From Candidatus Eiseniibacteriota bacterium (GTDB lineage: Bacteria > Eisenbacteria > RBG-16-71-46 > JABDJR01), in assembly GCA_963783375.1 (NCBI GenBank), contig CAWANH010000003.1:128001-192000 (forward strand): 64,000 bases of DNA, written 5' to 3'. This document shows, piece after piece, positions 8,763 to 18,765 of this stretch. Position numbers and translations under genes: made by a program. The notes under the pieces are model-generated. The model did not search any database and was not told the origin of the DNA. It saw nothing but the letters and a program-made list of their open reading frames with translations. Positions within the stretch are counted from its first letter, which is position 1; every line of letters starts with the position of its first letter.

Positions 8763-11700
8763 CTAGCTCGATTCCTCGACCTTCTCCGCCTTGCCCCGGA
8801 TCCCGAACACCCGCCGGATCCAGGCTTCGGAGGCATAGCGGATATCCAGCATGAGGCTGAAGATGGCGGGAACCAGGAACAGGGTGAACACGGTGGAGAC
8901 GGCCAGCCCGCCCACCACCACGCTCCCCAGGCCCCGGTAGAGCTCCGATCCCGCTCCGGGGAACACCACCAGCGGCAACATCCCGAACACCGAGGTGCTC
9001 ACGCTCATGAAGATGGGGCGGATGCGGTTTCCCACCGCCTCCCGGATGGCCTCGCGGGACTCCATGCCGTCCTCGCGGATGTGGTTCAGCGATTGGTGAA
9101 CGATCAGGATCGCGTTGTTCACCACCGTGCCCACCAGGATGATGAACCCGAGCATGGTGAGGGTATCCAGGGGCTGGTAGACGAACAGGTTCATGGCGGC
9201 CAGGCCCAGGAACCCGCCGAGCGCGGCCAGGGGGACGCTGAACATGATGACGAAGGGATAGACGAAGTTCTCGAACAGGGCGGCCATGAGCAGGTAGGTG
9301 ATGACCAGGGCCAGGAGGAAGTTCCACCGAAGCGAGCGCCAGGTCTGGGAGAGCTTGTCCGCGGTGCCGCTCAGGTTCGCCTGGTAGAGACCGCCCAGCC
9401 TCCCTTCATCCTGCATGGGGCCGAGGATCCGGGTCCGGATCTCGTCCATCGCCTCTTCCAGGGGCATCTTCTCGTCGGGGGTGACCCGGATGGTGATCGC
9501 CCGCTCGCGGTTGGTGTGGTTGATGGTGACCGGGCCGTTCGTCTCCTCCACGTCGGCCACCGATCCCACCGTGACCAGCTGCCCTCCACCGGTGGCGATC
9601 GGCATCTGCTCCAGCAGGTGGGTGCGAAGGGAGTCCCCCTCGTCGGCCATCACCGTGAGGTCCAGCGCGCGACCCTCGTACTGGAACTCGCTGGCCTTGG
9701 CCCCGTCCACCAGCGCGCTCACCGTGAACCCGAGCTCCTGGTTGGAGATGCCCAGTTCCGCGGCCCGGCGGCGGTCGGTGCGGACCCGGACCTCGGGGTT
9801 TCCAAGATCCAGGCTCGGAATGGGGCGGGCCTGGGCCCCCGGAAGCACCTGCATGACCTTGCCGAAGACCTCGCCGCCGACTCCCAGCAAGTGGTCGAGA
9901 TCGGGGCCGGTGAGATCGATGTCGATGTTCCGGCCCTCCCCCAGCCCGCGTTGGAAGATGGAAGCCTGGTTGATCACGAAGATCGCACCGGGGATCTTGC
10001 CGTTGATCCTCCGGAACTCGGGGATCAGCTCCTTCACCCGCAGGGGATCGTTGGAGCGTGCTCCCATGAAGGCCTGGGTGGGAAGGGCCACGAAGAAGAA
10101 CCCGGAGATTCCTCCCCCGGGAAGCTTCTTGGCCTCGGGGGCGTTCGCGTCCGGGGCCCAGAGATGGGAGAGTTCCTTCTCGAACACGTCGTGCATCCCC
10201 GCCATCTCGTCCAGGTTGTAGCCGGGGGGCGGGAGCAGGAACCCGAAGAGGAAGTTCTGGTTTCCCACCGGGAGGTACTCGGTCTTGGGCATGAGGAGCC
10301 AGGAGAGCCCTATGGAGAGCCCGGTCATGACGATGATCACCGTGAGGCGCCGGCGATTGGAGCCGGTGATCCAGTACACGGTGCGGGTAACCCAGTCGTT
10401 GAAGGCGTGGGCGGCGGTCATGCCCCCCCACAGGTTCTTGAAGCCGTGGAGCTTTCCGGAAGGGATGCCCCCAAGGATCCTCGCCGACATGCTGGGAATG
10501 ACGGTGATGGAGACCAGGAGGCTCAACGCCACCGCGCAGGAAAGCGCGATGGCGATGTCCCCGAAGAGCTGGCCCACCTCCTCGCGAATGAAGACCACCG
10601 GCACGAAGACGGCGATGGTGGTCAGGGTCGAGGCCAGAACCGCTCCCCAGACTTCCTGGCCGCCGTCCAGCGCGGCCCTGAGCCGCGACTTTCCGAGCTG
10701 GCGGTGCCGGTAGATGTTCTCCAGCACCACGATCGAGTTGTCCACCACCATGCCCACCGCGAACGCCATGCCGGCCAGGCTGATGACGTTGATCGTCCGG
10801 TGGAGGAGCGCCATCATGAGAAAGGTGCCGATCAGGCTGATGGGGATGGCCACCGCGATCACCAGGGTACTGGTGAAGCTCCGGAGGAAGAGCAGGAGGA
10901 CGATGATGGCCAGGATTCCGCCGATCACCAGGCTCTGGCGCACCAGGGAGATGGAGCTCTCGATGTACTGGGTCTCGTCGTAGACCTGCTGGAGCTTGAG
11001 CCCGCGCCGGGTGAGCTCGTCCCGGTTCAGGGCCCCCGCCACCTCCTTCACCCCCCGCATGGATTCCAGGACGTTGGCCCCCGACTCCTTGATCACGTTG
11101 ATGGCCAGCACCTGCTGGCCCAGCTCGTAGACCCGGGCCCCCGGCTTGGCGTAGCTCAGCTCCGCGTGGCCGATGTCCTTCACGTAGACCGGCACCCCGT
11201 TCCGGATGGCCACCACCACGTTCTCGATGTCCTCGGGGGATCGGTATTCCCCCACCGTGCGGACCACGTACCGGCGCTTGCCCTCGTCGAAGGAACCGCC
11301 GCTGTAGTTCCGGTTCTCCCGGTCCAGGGCGGCCCGGAGCTCGTTCAGGCTCACCTGGCGGGCGGCCAGCTCCGCCGGGTCGAAGACGACCTGCATCTCC
11401 CGCTCGCGACCGCCATAAACATTGGAGTTGGCCACTCCGGGCACCCGTTCGAAGGCGGGCTTGATGACGTCGTCGGCGAAGTCGAAGAGGGTGGAGATGT
11501 CGCCGTCGAAGCCGTTCTTCTCCGCGGGCAGGAGCATGAACCAGGCGATGGCCCCGGCGTTGGCCGCAACGCTCCGGATCACCGGGCGGTCGGCCTCGGG
11601 TGGGTAGCTCGGCACCTGGTCGAGGCGGTTGGATACCTTGAGCACCGCCGCGTCGAGGTCGGTCCCCACCCCGAACGTGAGGGTGATGGAGCCCCGGCTG

Positions 11701-11957
11701 TCCGAGCTGGAGCTCTCCATCTTGACCAGGCCTTCCAGCGACTTGAGCTGCTCCTCCTGCTCGTCGACGATCTCGCGCTCGATTTCCTGGGGGCTCGCCC
11801 CCGGCCACACCGTGCTCACCGTGACCTCGGGCTGCTCCACGTTGGGGGTGAGCTGGACCGGGATCCGGGTCAAGGCCAGGCTGCCGAACAGCACCAGGAG
11901 GATCACGCACACCGTGGTGGTAACGGGGAAATGAACGGCCTGGTCGATGAGCTTCAC
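8763..11957 (-). CDS. RND efflux permease (AcrB/AcrD/AcrF family)
   Basis: 1064 aa, GMVVDNSIVVLEN, NNAIL, RIRPIFM. Confidence 0.95.
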   Translation of the reverse strand: MKLIDQAVHFPVTTTVCVILLVLFGSLALTRIPVQLTPNVEQPEVTVSTVWPGASPQEIEREIVDEQEEQLKSLEGLVKMESSSSDSRGSITLTFGVGTDLDAAVLKVSNRLDQVPSYPPEADRPVIRSVAANAGAIAWFMLLPAEKNGFDGDISTLFDFADDVIKPAFERVPGVANSNVYGGREREMQVVFDPAELAARQVSLNELRAALDRENRNYSGGSFDEGKRRYVVRTVGEYRSPEDIENVVVAIRNGVPVYVKDIGHAELSYAKPGARVYELGQQVLAINVIKESGANVLESMRGVKEVAGALNRDELTRRGLKLQQVYDETQYIESSISLVRQSLVIGGILAIIVLLLFLRSFTSTLVIAVAIPISLIGTFLMMALLHRTINVISLAGMAFAVGMVVDNSIVVLENIYRHRQLGKSRLRAALDGGQEVWGAVLASTLTTIAVFVPVVFIREEVGQLFGDIAIALSCAVALSLLVSITVIPSMSARILGGIPSGKLHGFKNLWGGMTAAHAFNDWVTRTVYWITGSNRRRLTVIIVMTGLSIGLSWLLMPKTEYLPVGNQNFLFGFLLPPPGYNLDEMAGMHDVFEKELSHLWAPDANAPEAKKLPGGGISGFFFVALPTQAFMGARSNDPLRVKELIPEFRRINGKIPGAIFVINQASIFQRGLGEGRNIDIDLTGPDLDHLLGVGGEVFGKVMQVLPGAQARPIPSLDLGNPEVRVRTDRRRAAELGISNQELGFTVSALVDGAKASEFQYEGRALDLTVMADEGDSLRTHLLEQMPIATGGGQLVTVGSVADVEETNGPVTINHTNRERAITIRVTPDEKMPLEEAMDEIRTRILGPMQDEGRLGGLYQANLSGTADKLSQTWRSLRWNFLLALVITYLLMAALFENFVYPFVIMFSVPLAALGGFLGLAAMNLFVYQPLDTLTMLGFIILVGTVVNNAILIVHQSLNHIREDGMESREAIREAVGNRIRPIFMSVSTSVFGMLPLVVFPGAGSELYRGLGSVVVGGLAVSTVFTLFLVPAIFSLMLDIRYASEAWIRRVFGIRGKAEKVEESS

Positions 11958-13054
11958 GGGAGGGGGTACTCCTGGGGTTGGGCGATCACCTTCTGGCCGG
12001 GGCGAAGCCGCTCGTTACCCCGGGTGACCACCGCCTGGCCGGCCTTGACGTCGCCCGCCACCGCAATCCAGTTCCCGGCTCCGGTCCCGGTGGCGACCGG
12101 GGTCATGGACGCGGTGCTGTCGGGGGCGACGACGTAGACGAAGCGGTTGGATCCCTGGCTCACCACCGCGTCCTTGGGCACAATGATCGAGGGCTTGGGA
12201 TCTCCCACCGGAATCGATGCCTGGGCCAGCATGCCGGCCGCCACCCGCCCCTCCCGGTTGGGGATGCTCACCTTGACCGGAAACGTACGGGCGGTGGGAT
12301 CCGCGCGGGGGATGATGGCGGTGATCTTCCCGTCGATCTCCGCCGGCGACGTCGCCTCGAAGGTCACCGCCGCGTCGGCCCCGAGAGCGACCAACCCGAA
12401 GTACCTCCCCGGGACCTCCACCCGCACGTCCATCCGATCGGTGGAAATCATGTCCACCACCGGATCCCCGACCCCGACCCACTCCCCCAGATCCACGTGC
12501 TCGGCCACCACCGTCCCGGCAAACGGGGCGCGAATGGTGGAGCGGTCCAGGTCGAGCTGGGTCTGGCCCACTTCGGCCGAAAGCTGCGCGACCTTCCCTT
12601 CCCACGCCTTGAACTCGGACTGGGCGTCGTCGAAGTCACCGGCGGATATTAGGTTCTTGGCCACGAGATCCTTGGCCCGGCCGAGCGCCCGCTCCGCCCG
12701 CTCCAGCCGGGCCTGGGCTTCCTTCAGGGCCCCCTGGGCCGCGGCGAGCTGGAATTCCAGGGTCTGGGTCCGGAGCTTCACCACCGGCTGCCCCTTCTCG
12801 ACCCGGGTTCCTTCGCGGGCTACCAGATCCTTCACCGCTCCCGCCACCTCGCTCGCCACCCGGCTGGTGGTCCTGGACTCCACCGATCCCGGGAGCTTCA
12901 CCGTCTCCCGGATCGCGAATTGCCGGGCGCTGGTGACCCCGACGGGGGCCGCGGGCGGGCCCTGGGCCAGGGCGGGAACGGAGATGAGGAGCGCGCCGAC
13001 GCCGAATGCGACGGCGGACGCAAACTTCTGCCGACCGGACGTGAATGCTTGCAC
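11954..13054 (-). CDS. RND efflux periplasmic adaptor subunit
   Basis: Lipoyl-like halves (VKDLVAREGTRVEKGQ, IRAPFAG) and coiled-coil hairpin; GTG start after RBS AGAGGA chosen; stop overlaps permease start. Confidence 0.9.
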   Translation of the reverse strand: MQAFTSGRQKFASAVAFGVGALLISVPALAQGPPAAPVGVTSARQFAIRETVKLPGSVESRTTSRVASEVAGAVKDLVAREGTRVEKGQPVVKLRTQTLEFQLAAAQGALKEAQARLERAERALGRAKDLVAKNLISAGDFDDAQSEFKAWEGKVAQLSAEVGQTQLDLDRSTIRAPFAGTVVAEHVDLGEWVGVGDPVVDMISTDRMDVRVEVPGRYFGLVALGADAAVTFEATSPAEIDGKITAIIPRADPTARTFPVKVSIPNREGRVAAGMLAQASIPVGDPKPSIIVPKDAVVSQGSNRFVYVVAPDSTASMTPVATGTGAGNWIAVAGDVKAGQAVVTRGNERLRPGQKVIAQPQEYPLP

Positions 13055-13097
13055 CGGATTCCTCTCTTGGGAAACAAAGGGGACAAAGGGGATCCGC

Positions 13098-13120
13098 ATT
13101 ATACACCCCCCCGGGGGGGG
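13098..13120 (-). promoter_or_regulatory. -10 element next to a C/G-tract palindrome
   Basis: TATAAT on minus strand (13098-13103) preceded by C8G7 tract. Confidence 0.35.
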
Positions 13121-13233
13121 CCGCATCCGGGAAGCCAGGGCCTCGGACGGCGGACCCCCGCGCCGGGGCCGGGCGACTCGGGTACACTCAGCCGCCTGCC
13201 GCCCCACACCCGGCCCGAGGACAATTCAGCACC

Positions 13234-14580
13234 ATGACCAGCACGGACTTGGAGAACACCGCCGGAGGACCGGCGGGCGAGCTCAGCTACCGGCGGATCC
13301 TGGCCACCTGGTGGCCCCTGGCCGCGAGCTGGCTCATGATGGGGCTCGAGCTTCCGGTGGTGAGCGCGGTCATCGCCCGGCTCGCCCATCCCGAGGTGAA
13401 CCTCGCCGCCTACGGCGGGGTGGTCTTCCCCCTGGCCCTGGTGGTCGAGGCCCCGATCATCATGCTCCTGGCCGCCTCGGTGGCTCTCTCCCGCGACGAG
13501 GCTTCCTACCGGAAGCTCCGCCGGTTCATGTTCGGGGCGGCGGGCGCGCTCACCGCGATCCACCTCCTGATCGCCGCCACCCCGCTGTACGATCTCGTGG
13601 TGGGGGGCGTGATCGGCGCCCCCGAGGCCATCCGCGCCCCGGCCCGGATCGGCCTCCTCATCATGACCCCCTGGACCGCCTCCATCGCCTACCGGCGCTT
13701 TCACCAGGGGGTGCTGATCCGGTTCAACCGGCCGCGGGTGGTGGGGGTCGGGACCGCGGTGCGGCTGGGAAGCAACTTCACCGTGCTGACCCTGGGATAC
13801 CTGATCGGCGGACTTCCCGGGATCGTGGTGGGAACCGGCGCGGTGGCGGTGGGGGTCGTGTCGGAAGCGGCGTTCATCGGGTGGTCGGTGCGCCCGATCG
13901 TCCGCGGGCCGCTCCACGAGGCCCCACCGGTGGCCGCCCCCATCACCCTCCGCTCCTTCGCGAGCTTCTACGTGCCCCTGGCCATGACCCCGCTTCTGAC
14001 CCTGTTGGCGCTCCCCATCCTGAGCGCGGCATTGAGCCGACTCCCCCGCGCCATCGATTCCCTGGCGGTCTGGCCGGTGATGAACGGGCTCACCTTCGCC
14101 CTTCGAAGCCTGGGCGTGGCCATGAACGAGGTCGTGGTGGCCCTCCTCGACGAGCCGCGCTCCGAGCGGCGCCTCTTCCGGTTTTCCCTGATGCTGGCGG
14201 GAGCGGTAACCGTGGTATTGCTCCTGGTGGCCGCCACCCCGCTCGGGCGGTTCTGGTTCTCGACCCTGTCCGGGCTCTCCGCCCCCCTTTCGCGCCTGGC
14301 CCGAAGCGCCCTGTGGCTGGCGGTGCTCCTTCCCGCATGGAGCGTCTTCCATAGCTGGTACCAGGGGGTTCTGGTCCACGCCCGGCGGACCCGCCCCATC
14401 ACCGAGGCGGTGGCGGTCTACCTGGCGGTGAACGCGGTGATCCTGCTGGGCGCCGCCCGGTGGATCCCGGTGACCGGGATCTACGTGGGCCTCGCGGCCA
14501 TGGTCACCGGCGGCGGGCTCCAGGCGCTCTGGTTGCGGGCGCGAAGCGGCGGGGAGATCGCGGCGCTCCAGGGGCGGTGA
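13234..14580 (+). CDS. MATE/MOP-superfamily membrane transporter (ANKH-like)
   Basis: About 12 TM with internal duplication (WWPLAASW..ARL / YVPLAMTP..SRL). Confidence 0.65.
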   Translation: MTSTDLENTAGGPAGELSYRRILATWWPLAASWLMMGLELPVVSAVIARLAHPEVNLAAYGGVVFPLALVVEAPIIMLLAASVALSRDEASYRKLRRFMFGAAGALTAIHLLIAATPLYDLVVGGVIGAPEAIRAPARIGLLIMTPWTASIAYRRFHQGVLIRFNRPRVVGVGTAVRLGSNFTVLTLGYLIGGLPGIVVGTGAVAVGVVSEAAFIGWSVRPIVRGPLHEAPPVAAPITLRSFASFYVPLAMTPLLTLLALPILSAALSRLPRAIDSLAVWPVMNGLTFALRSLGVAMNEVVVALLDEPRSERRLFRFSLMLAGAVTVVLLLVAATPLGRFWFSTLSGLSAPLSRLARSALWLAVLLPAWSVFHSWYQGVLVHARRTRPITEAVAVYLAVNAVILLGAARWIPVTGIYVGLAAMVTGGGLQALWLRARSGGEIAALQGR

Positions 14581-14654
14581 GCCGGTCGCGGTCGACGGCG
14601 GCCGGATCACCCCGGGCGAGCCGGGAATCGTCATCGTTCAGCGGTGTGGACGCA

Positions 14655-15848
14655 TCATCGGGCATCGCGGAACGCCGCGGCCAACAGGGCGAACATCGCG
14701 ATCCCCATACCCGCCCCGGCCGCAAACACCCCGTCCAGGCCCCAGACTCCGAACACCGAGGCCATGACCAGCGGCCCCAGGGTCTGGCCCAGCCGGAGCA
14801 CCATGCCGTTCACCGCCAGGAGCGCGCCGCGCCGCTCGGCGGGAGCGAGCCCGGCCAGGAGCGTGAGCACGTTGGGGATGTCGAGCCCCATCCCGATCCC
14901 GAAGATCACGGTGGGGACGAGGAGCAGGCCCACCGACCGGACGAAGGGCACGACGACCATCCCCGTCCCCAGGAGGGCAAAGCTCACCGCGAGAAGCCGC
15001 CGCTCGGAGAACCGCTCCGCCAGCCTCCCCACGAACGCGGAGGTCACCGCGGTGGACGCGGACATGCTGGACATCACCAGGCCGATCTCGAAGGCGCTCC
15101 CCCCGAAACGGCGGTCGATCAGGAACGGGAAGTACGTGAGGTAGGACCCGTACAGGATCACGAAGGTGGCCACGCTCGATGCGAACAGAACCAGGATCCG
15201 GCCGTCGAGCAGGAGATCGCGGACCCCTCCGAGGTACTCGCGGAGGGGCTGGCGGTTTCGTACCTCGGGGTTGTGGAGGCCGAAGAGCACCAGGAGCCCC
15301 ACCGGCACGGCGAGAATCGGCAGTGCAAACGGCGCGTACCATCCGAGGCCGGCCAGCGCTCCCCCCAGGACCGGGTAGCCCGCGGTGCCGACGCTGAGGA
15401 CGCTGGAGTTGATCCCCATGGCCTCGGTTCGCCGCTTCCCCGAATACAGATCCCCGATCAGGGTGGCATAGAGGGCCCCCAGGGACGCCGCCCCGATCCC
15501 CTGCACGAATCTGAGAACCAGAAGCGCGTGAAAATCGCGCATGAGGGCGCAGACGCTTCCCGCCAGACCGAACAGGAAGAGCGACGGAACCAGGATCCGC
15601 TTCCGACCGAAGCGGTCAGCCAGCATGCCCAGGAAGGGCGCCAGAACCACCCCGGGAAGGGTGAACACCGTGATGAGGAGTCCGACCTGTTTCGGCGACA
15701 CCCCCAGCGCGGTGACCAGGGCGGGAAAGACCGGCGTGATGCTGGATACCCCCATGATGGCCATGAGGGTGACCGCGAAGACGATGCGGAGGTTGGGGTC
15801 GCGGTAGAGTTTCGGCCGCCCGGGTCCCGGTGCCGGCGCTCCGGGCAT
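14655..15848 (-). CDS. MFS transporter
   Basis: Motif A GMLADRFGRKR, LRFVQGIG; about 12 TM; ATG overlaps upstream stop. Confidence 0.9.
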   Translation of the reverse strand: MPGAPAPGPGRPKLYRDPNLRIVFAVTLMAIMGVSSITPVFPALVTALGVSPKQVGLLITVFTLPGVVLAPFLGMLADRFGRKRILVPSLFLFGLAGSVCALMRDFHALLVLRFVQGIGAASLGALYATLIGDLYSGKRRTEAMGINSSVLSVGTAGYPVLGGALAGLGWYAPFALPILAVPVGLLVLFGLHNPEVRNRQPLREYLGGVRDLLLDGRILVLFASSVATFVILYGSYLTYFPFLIDRRFGGSAFEIGLVMSSMSASTAVTSAFVGRLAERFSERRLLAVSFALLGTGMVVVPFVRSVGLLLVPTVIFGIGMGLDIPNVLTLLAGLAPAERRGALLAVNGMVLRLGQTLGPLVMASVFGVWGLDGVFAAGAGMGIAMFALLAAAFRDAR

Positions 15849-17536
15849 CAGGCCGGTTCCGCGAGCTTCAGAACCGCCCGGCGGAGCTTCCGGTGCCGGT
15901 CGAAGAGCCGCACGAACTCCGACTCCCGCCGGCCTCCCTTGGCCAGGACGATCCGCGCCAGCGCGCGCTTCTCCTCCGAGCTCCACCGCTCCACGCCCGG
16001 CAGCGCGGCGATGAACAGGCTCCACCGGTCCCACCAGAGGCGCTCACCCGGAGAAAGTTTCCGCCGGGACCCGAGCCCCAGGAGCCGGGCCGCCTCGGCG
16101 GACGCGGTCCGCACCGCGGCCTCGCGATCCGAACCGAAGCGCCGGGCGGTGGACCTGACGATGCCCAGGCCGATCTCCCCCAGGGGGAGCCGCCCCAACA
16201 CGTCGTCCCGTTCGCGATTCAGGAAGTAGTACACGTTGGCGATGACAAGCTTCTTCAGGGTCCGGAGATCGGAGCGATGAGCGGGGTCGCGCTTCATGGC
16301 CCGGAGTTCCTCCCGGGCGATCCGCTTCACCTCGGGGTCGTCGGGCCGGAAGCCGAGCTTCCGGTAGAACCACCAGGCGCCCGATTTCAGCCCTTCCTCG
16401 TTCTCGTCCCCGAGCTGGTAGGGATCGATGGTGAAGGCGTCGGAGCCGAACAGCCAGCGGATGGTCCCCATGGCCCGGCCGTAGATGCTCGCCGCTTCCC
16501 CTCCCCGGAAGGTCTCGAACACGTTGAACGCCACCTCCGAGGAGCCGAAGATCCCGCTGGCCAGGACGTAGCCGGCGGGAACGCCGTTCACGAGGGTGAG
16601 GAACCCGTAGACCGACTCCAGCAGCAGCCGGCGCTCCGGCACGGTCCCGATCACCGCGAACTGGAGGCCGTCCCCGCACTCCACCATGCGGACGTCGTGG
16701 GGATCGGCGTGCTTGAACGCGTAGAGATCGCGGCTCCGGGTCACCATGGCCTCCCGGGCCCGGTCGATGAGGGCCCTCCCCTCCCGTGGCGCCACCTCTC
16801 GCACCGCCAACGGGGGGCGGAGGATTTCCCGACGGAGGTCGGGCCGGCCGCGATCCAGGGGCCGGGTCCGGTAGGTGACCGGAGAGCCGGGATGGCGGGC
16901 GTGGGTCCGGTTGGGGACGCCGGGGCCGGGAGCGAGGACAATGGGGACCAGGAGGTCGTCGAAGAGCTTCTCCCGGGCCGGGGCCGCGATCCGGAACGCC
17001 TCGAAGCGGCGGGCCAGGAAGGCGGCGTCGGTCTCACCGGGTCCCTTGAGCGCGTCCAGCCACTCCCCGGGGGCCAGCTCCAGGGAATCCAGGGCCAGGG
17101 TCTCGGCGTAGGGAAGCATGAGGAAGAGCATCTCGACCAGGCGGTCGGCGGCCTCGAACTCCGACCAGTCGATGGTGCAGCGGTCGGGCCAGCGGGAGAC
17201 GAGCCAGCGGACGGTGGGCCAGTAGAAGGCGTAGTGGGTGGCGGTGCCGTCGATCCCGCTGTCGGCGAGTGCCCGGCGGTGCCGCCGGAGATCGCCCCGC
17301 TCCGGGAACTCCGCCAGCATGGTCTCGGCGCCGCCGAGAACCGCGGGGTCGTCGGGATAGGCGCGGAGGAAGCAGAGGACCTCGTGGAGCCGGAGGACCT
17401 CGGCCGCGCCGGAGAGGCGGCGGGCGGAGAGCCTCCCCATGAGCGCGAGCTTCTCCGCGGAAGCTCCATTCCCGTAGACCTGCTTCAACGCCTCCAGCCG
17501 CCGGAGCAGAGCCGACGAACTCTCCCGCTTCACCAT
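15848..17536 (-). CDS. Hypothetical protein with GNAT-like C-terminal motif
   Basis: 562 aa coding-like ORF; NEEGLKSGAWWFYRKLGFRP resembles the GNAT N..A..FY.KLGF motif. Confidence 0.6.
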   Translation of the reverse strand: MVKRESSSALLRRLEALKQVYGNGASAEKLALMGRLSARRLSGAAEVLRLHEVLCFLRAYPDDPAVLGGAETMLAEFPERGDLRRHRRALADSGIDGTATHYAFYWPTVRWLVSRWPDRCTIDWSEFEAADRLVEMLFLMLPYAETLALDSLELAPGEWLDALKGPGETDAAFLARRFEAFRIAAPAREKLFDDLLVPIVLAPGPGVPNRTHARHPGSPVTYRTRPLDRGRPDLRREILRPPLAVREVAPREGRALIDRAREAMVTRSRDLYAFKHADPHDVRMVECGDGLQFAVIGTVPERRLLLESVYGFLTLVNGVPAGYVLASGIFGSSEVAFNVFETFRGGEAASIYGRAMGTIRWLFGSDAFTIDPYQLGDENEEGLKSGAWWFYRKLGFRPDDPEVKRIAREELRAMKRDPAHRSDLRTLKKLVIANVYYFLNRERDDVLGRLPLGEIGLGIVRSTARRFGSDREAAVRTASAEAARLLGLGSRRKLSPGERLWWDRWSLFIAALPGVERWSSEEKRALARIVLAKGGRRESEFVRLFDRHRKLRRAVLKLAEPA

Positions 17537-17628
17537 CCGGACCCCCCTTCGGCGGACTCCCGCCGGAAACGCCGGCCCGCGGGCGGAACTCGACCCGCGC
17601 GTGATTGCCGGCGACCCGGATCAGCCTA

Positions 17629-18627
17629 TCAGCGGGAGGCGGGGACGGGAACGGCCTTGGTCTCCTCCTCGGCCTCGTTCCAGTTGGTGTGGGGGACCCG
17701 GTTTCGCACGAACCACTGGAAGAGGATCTCGCCGTAGCCCATCGGTCGGTGGCCTATCTTCTCGTAGAACGGCCAGAGTTTCCGCTGCAGGGCGGGGAGG
17801 TTGTAGGCCGGCACCCCCACCAGGTAGTGGTGCTCGAGGTGGAAGTTCGAGTACACGAAGATCCAGTTCCAGAACCAGTGGCCCTTCACCAGGGTGGCCC
17901 ACTTGGCCGGATCGCGGGGATCGACGGCATAGTGCTGACCGAGGCGGTTCAGGAAGAACGCGAAGGGGAAGAAGAGGAAGAGCGGCGCCCCGTGAACCCG
18001 GAACCAGAGCCAGAATCCGCCGGTGGAGACGAGCCACCAGGCGAGGGCGATGTGGAGGCCCATCCAAGCCGTCCGCTCCAGGTTGATGGTGAGCCGGAGC
18101 CGCGGTGAATAGCGGCGCGCGGCCCGGGCCGAGGCGATGGAGTAGATCACGAACAGCGCGGGGGTGAAGTAGAGCGCCTTGTACCAGCGGGCAACCCGCT
18201 TGGGGGAGAGGTAGGCCCGCTTGGGATCGTCGTCGACGGTGCCCAGCTCGCTGTGGTGATCGAGATGCCAGCGTTTGAACTGGCTGGCCGAGATCGCGCT
18301 CGGAAGCGCGTAGAAGAGTCCCAACGCCCGCTCCCAGAACGGGCGGCGGCGGGCGAAGATCAGGTTGTGGACCTGTTCGTGGAGCAGAATGATGAAGGAG
18401 AGGATCACGAACCCCTGGAGGAACGCGAGAGGGATCCAGATCAGGGGGTGGGTCACCCGGGCGCACACCACCGCGATCCCCACCAGGAGCACGAGCTGCT
18501 GGGCCACCAGCGCGAAGTGCCTCCAGGCGCTACGCCGATGGAGGCCGCGGATCTCGTCCTGGCTCAGGAACTCCCGGAGCCGGCGTTGGATCTCGGGGTT
18601 GACGGTGCGGTCGTAGGAACGATTCAT
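17629..18627 (-). CDS. Membrane fatty acid desaturase family protein
   Basis: Three His boxes HEQVH, HLDHH, HLEHH with TM segments. Confidence 0.9.
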   Translation of the reverse strand: MNRSYDRTVNPEIQRRLREFLSQDEIRGLHRRSAWRHFALVAQQLVLLVGIAVVCARVTHPLIWIPLAFLQGFVILSFIILLHEQVHNLIFARRRPFWERALGLFYALPSAISASQFKRWHLDHHSELGTVDDDPKRAYLSPKRVARWYKALYFTPALFVIYSIASARAARRYSPRLRLTINLERTAWMGLHIALAWWLVSTGGFWLWFRVHGAPLFLFFPFAFFLNRLGQHYAVDPRDPAKWATLVKGHWFWNWIFVYSNFHLEHHYLVGVPAYNLPALQRKLWPFYEKIGHRPMGYGEILFQWFVRNRVPHTNWNEAEEETKAVPVPASR

Positions 18628-18765
18628 GAGTCCAATGGGTTCGGGCCGTCGCGCCGGTGATCGCCCGGCGAGGCCCCTTCGGTTCGGTACGATCGCGAAA
18701 CCCCCGGTTGCCGGGGCCGCGGGGAGAGGGTCGACCCGCTTCCCCGCGGCACAAGCCCGTCCCGG

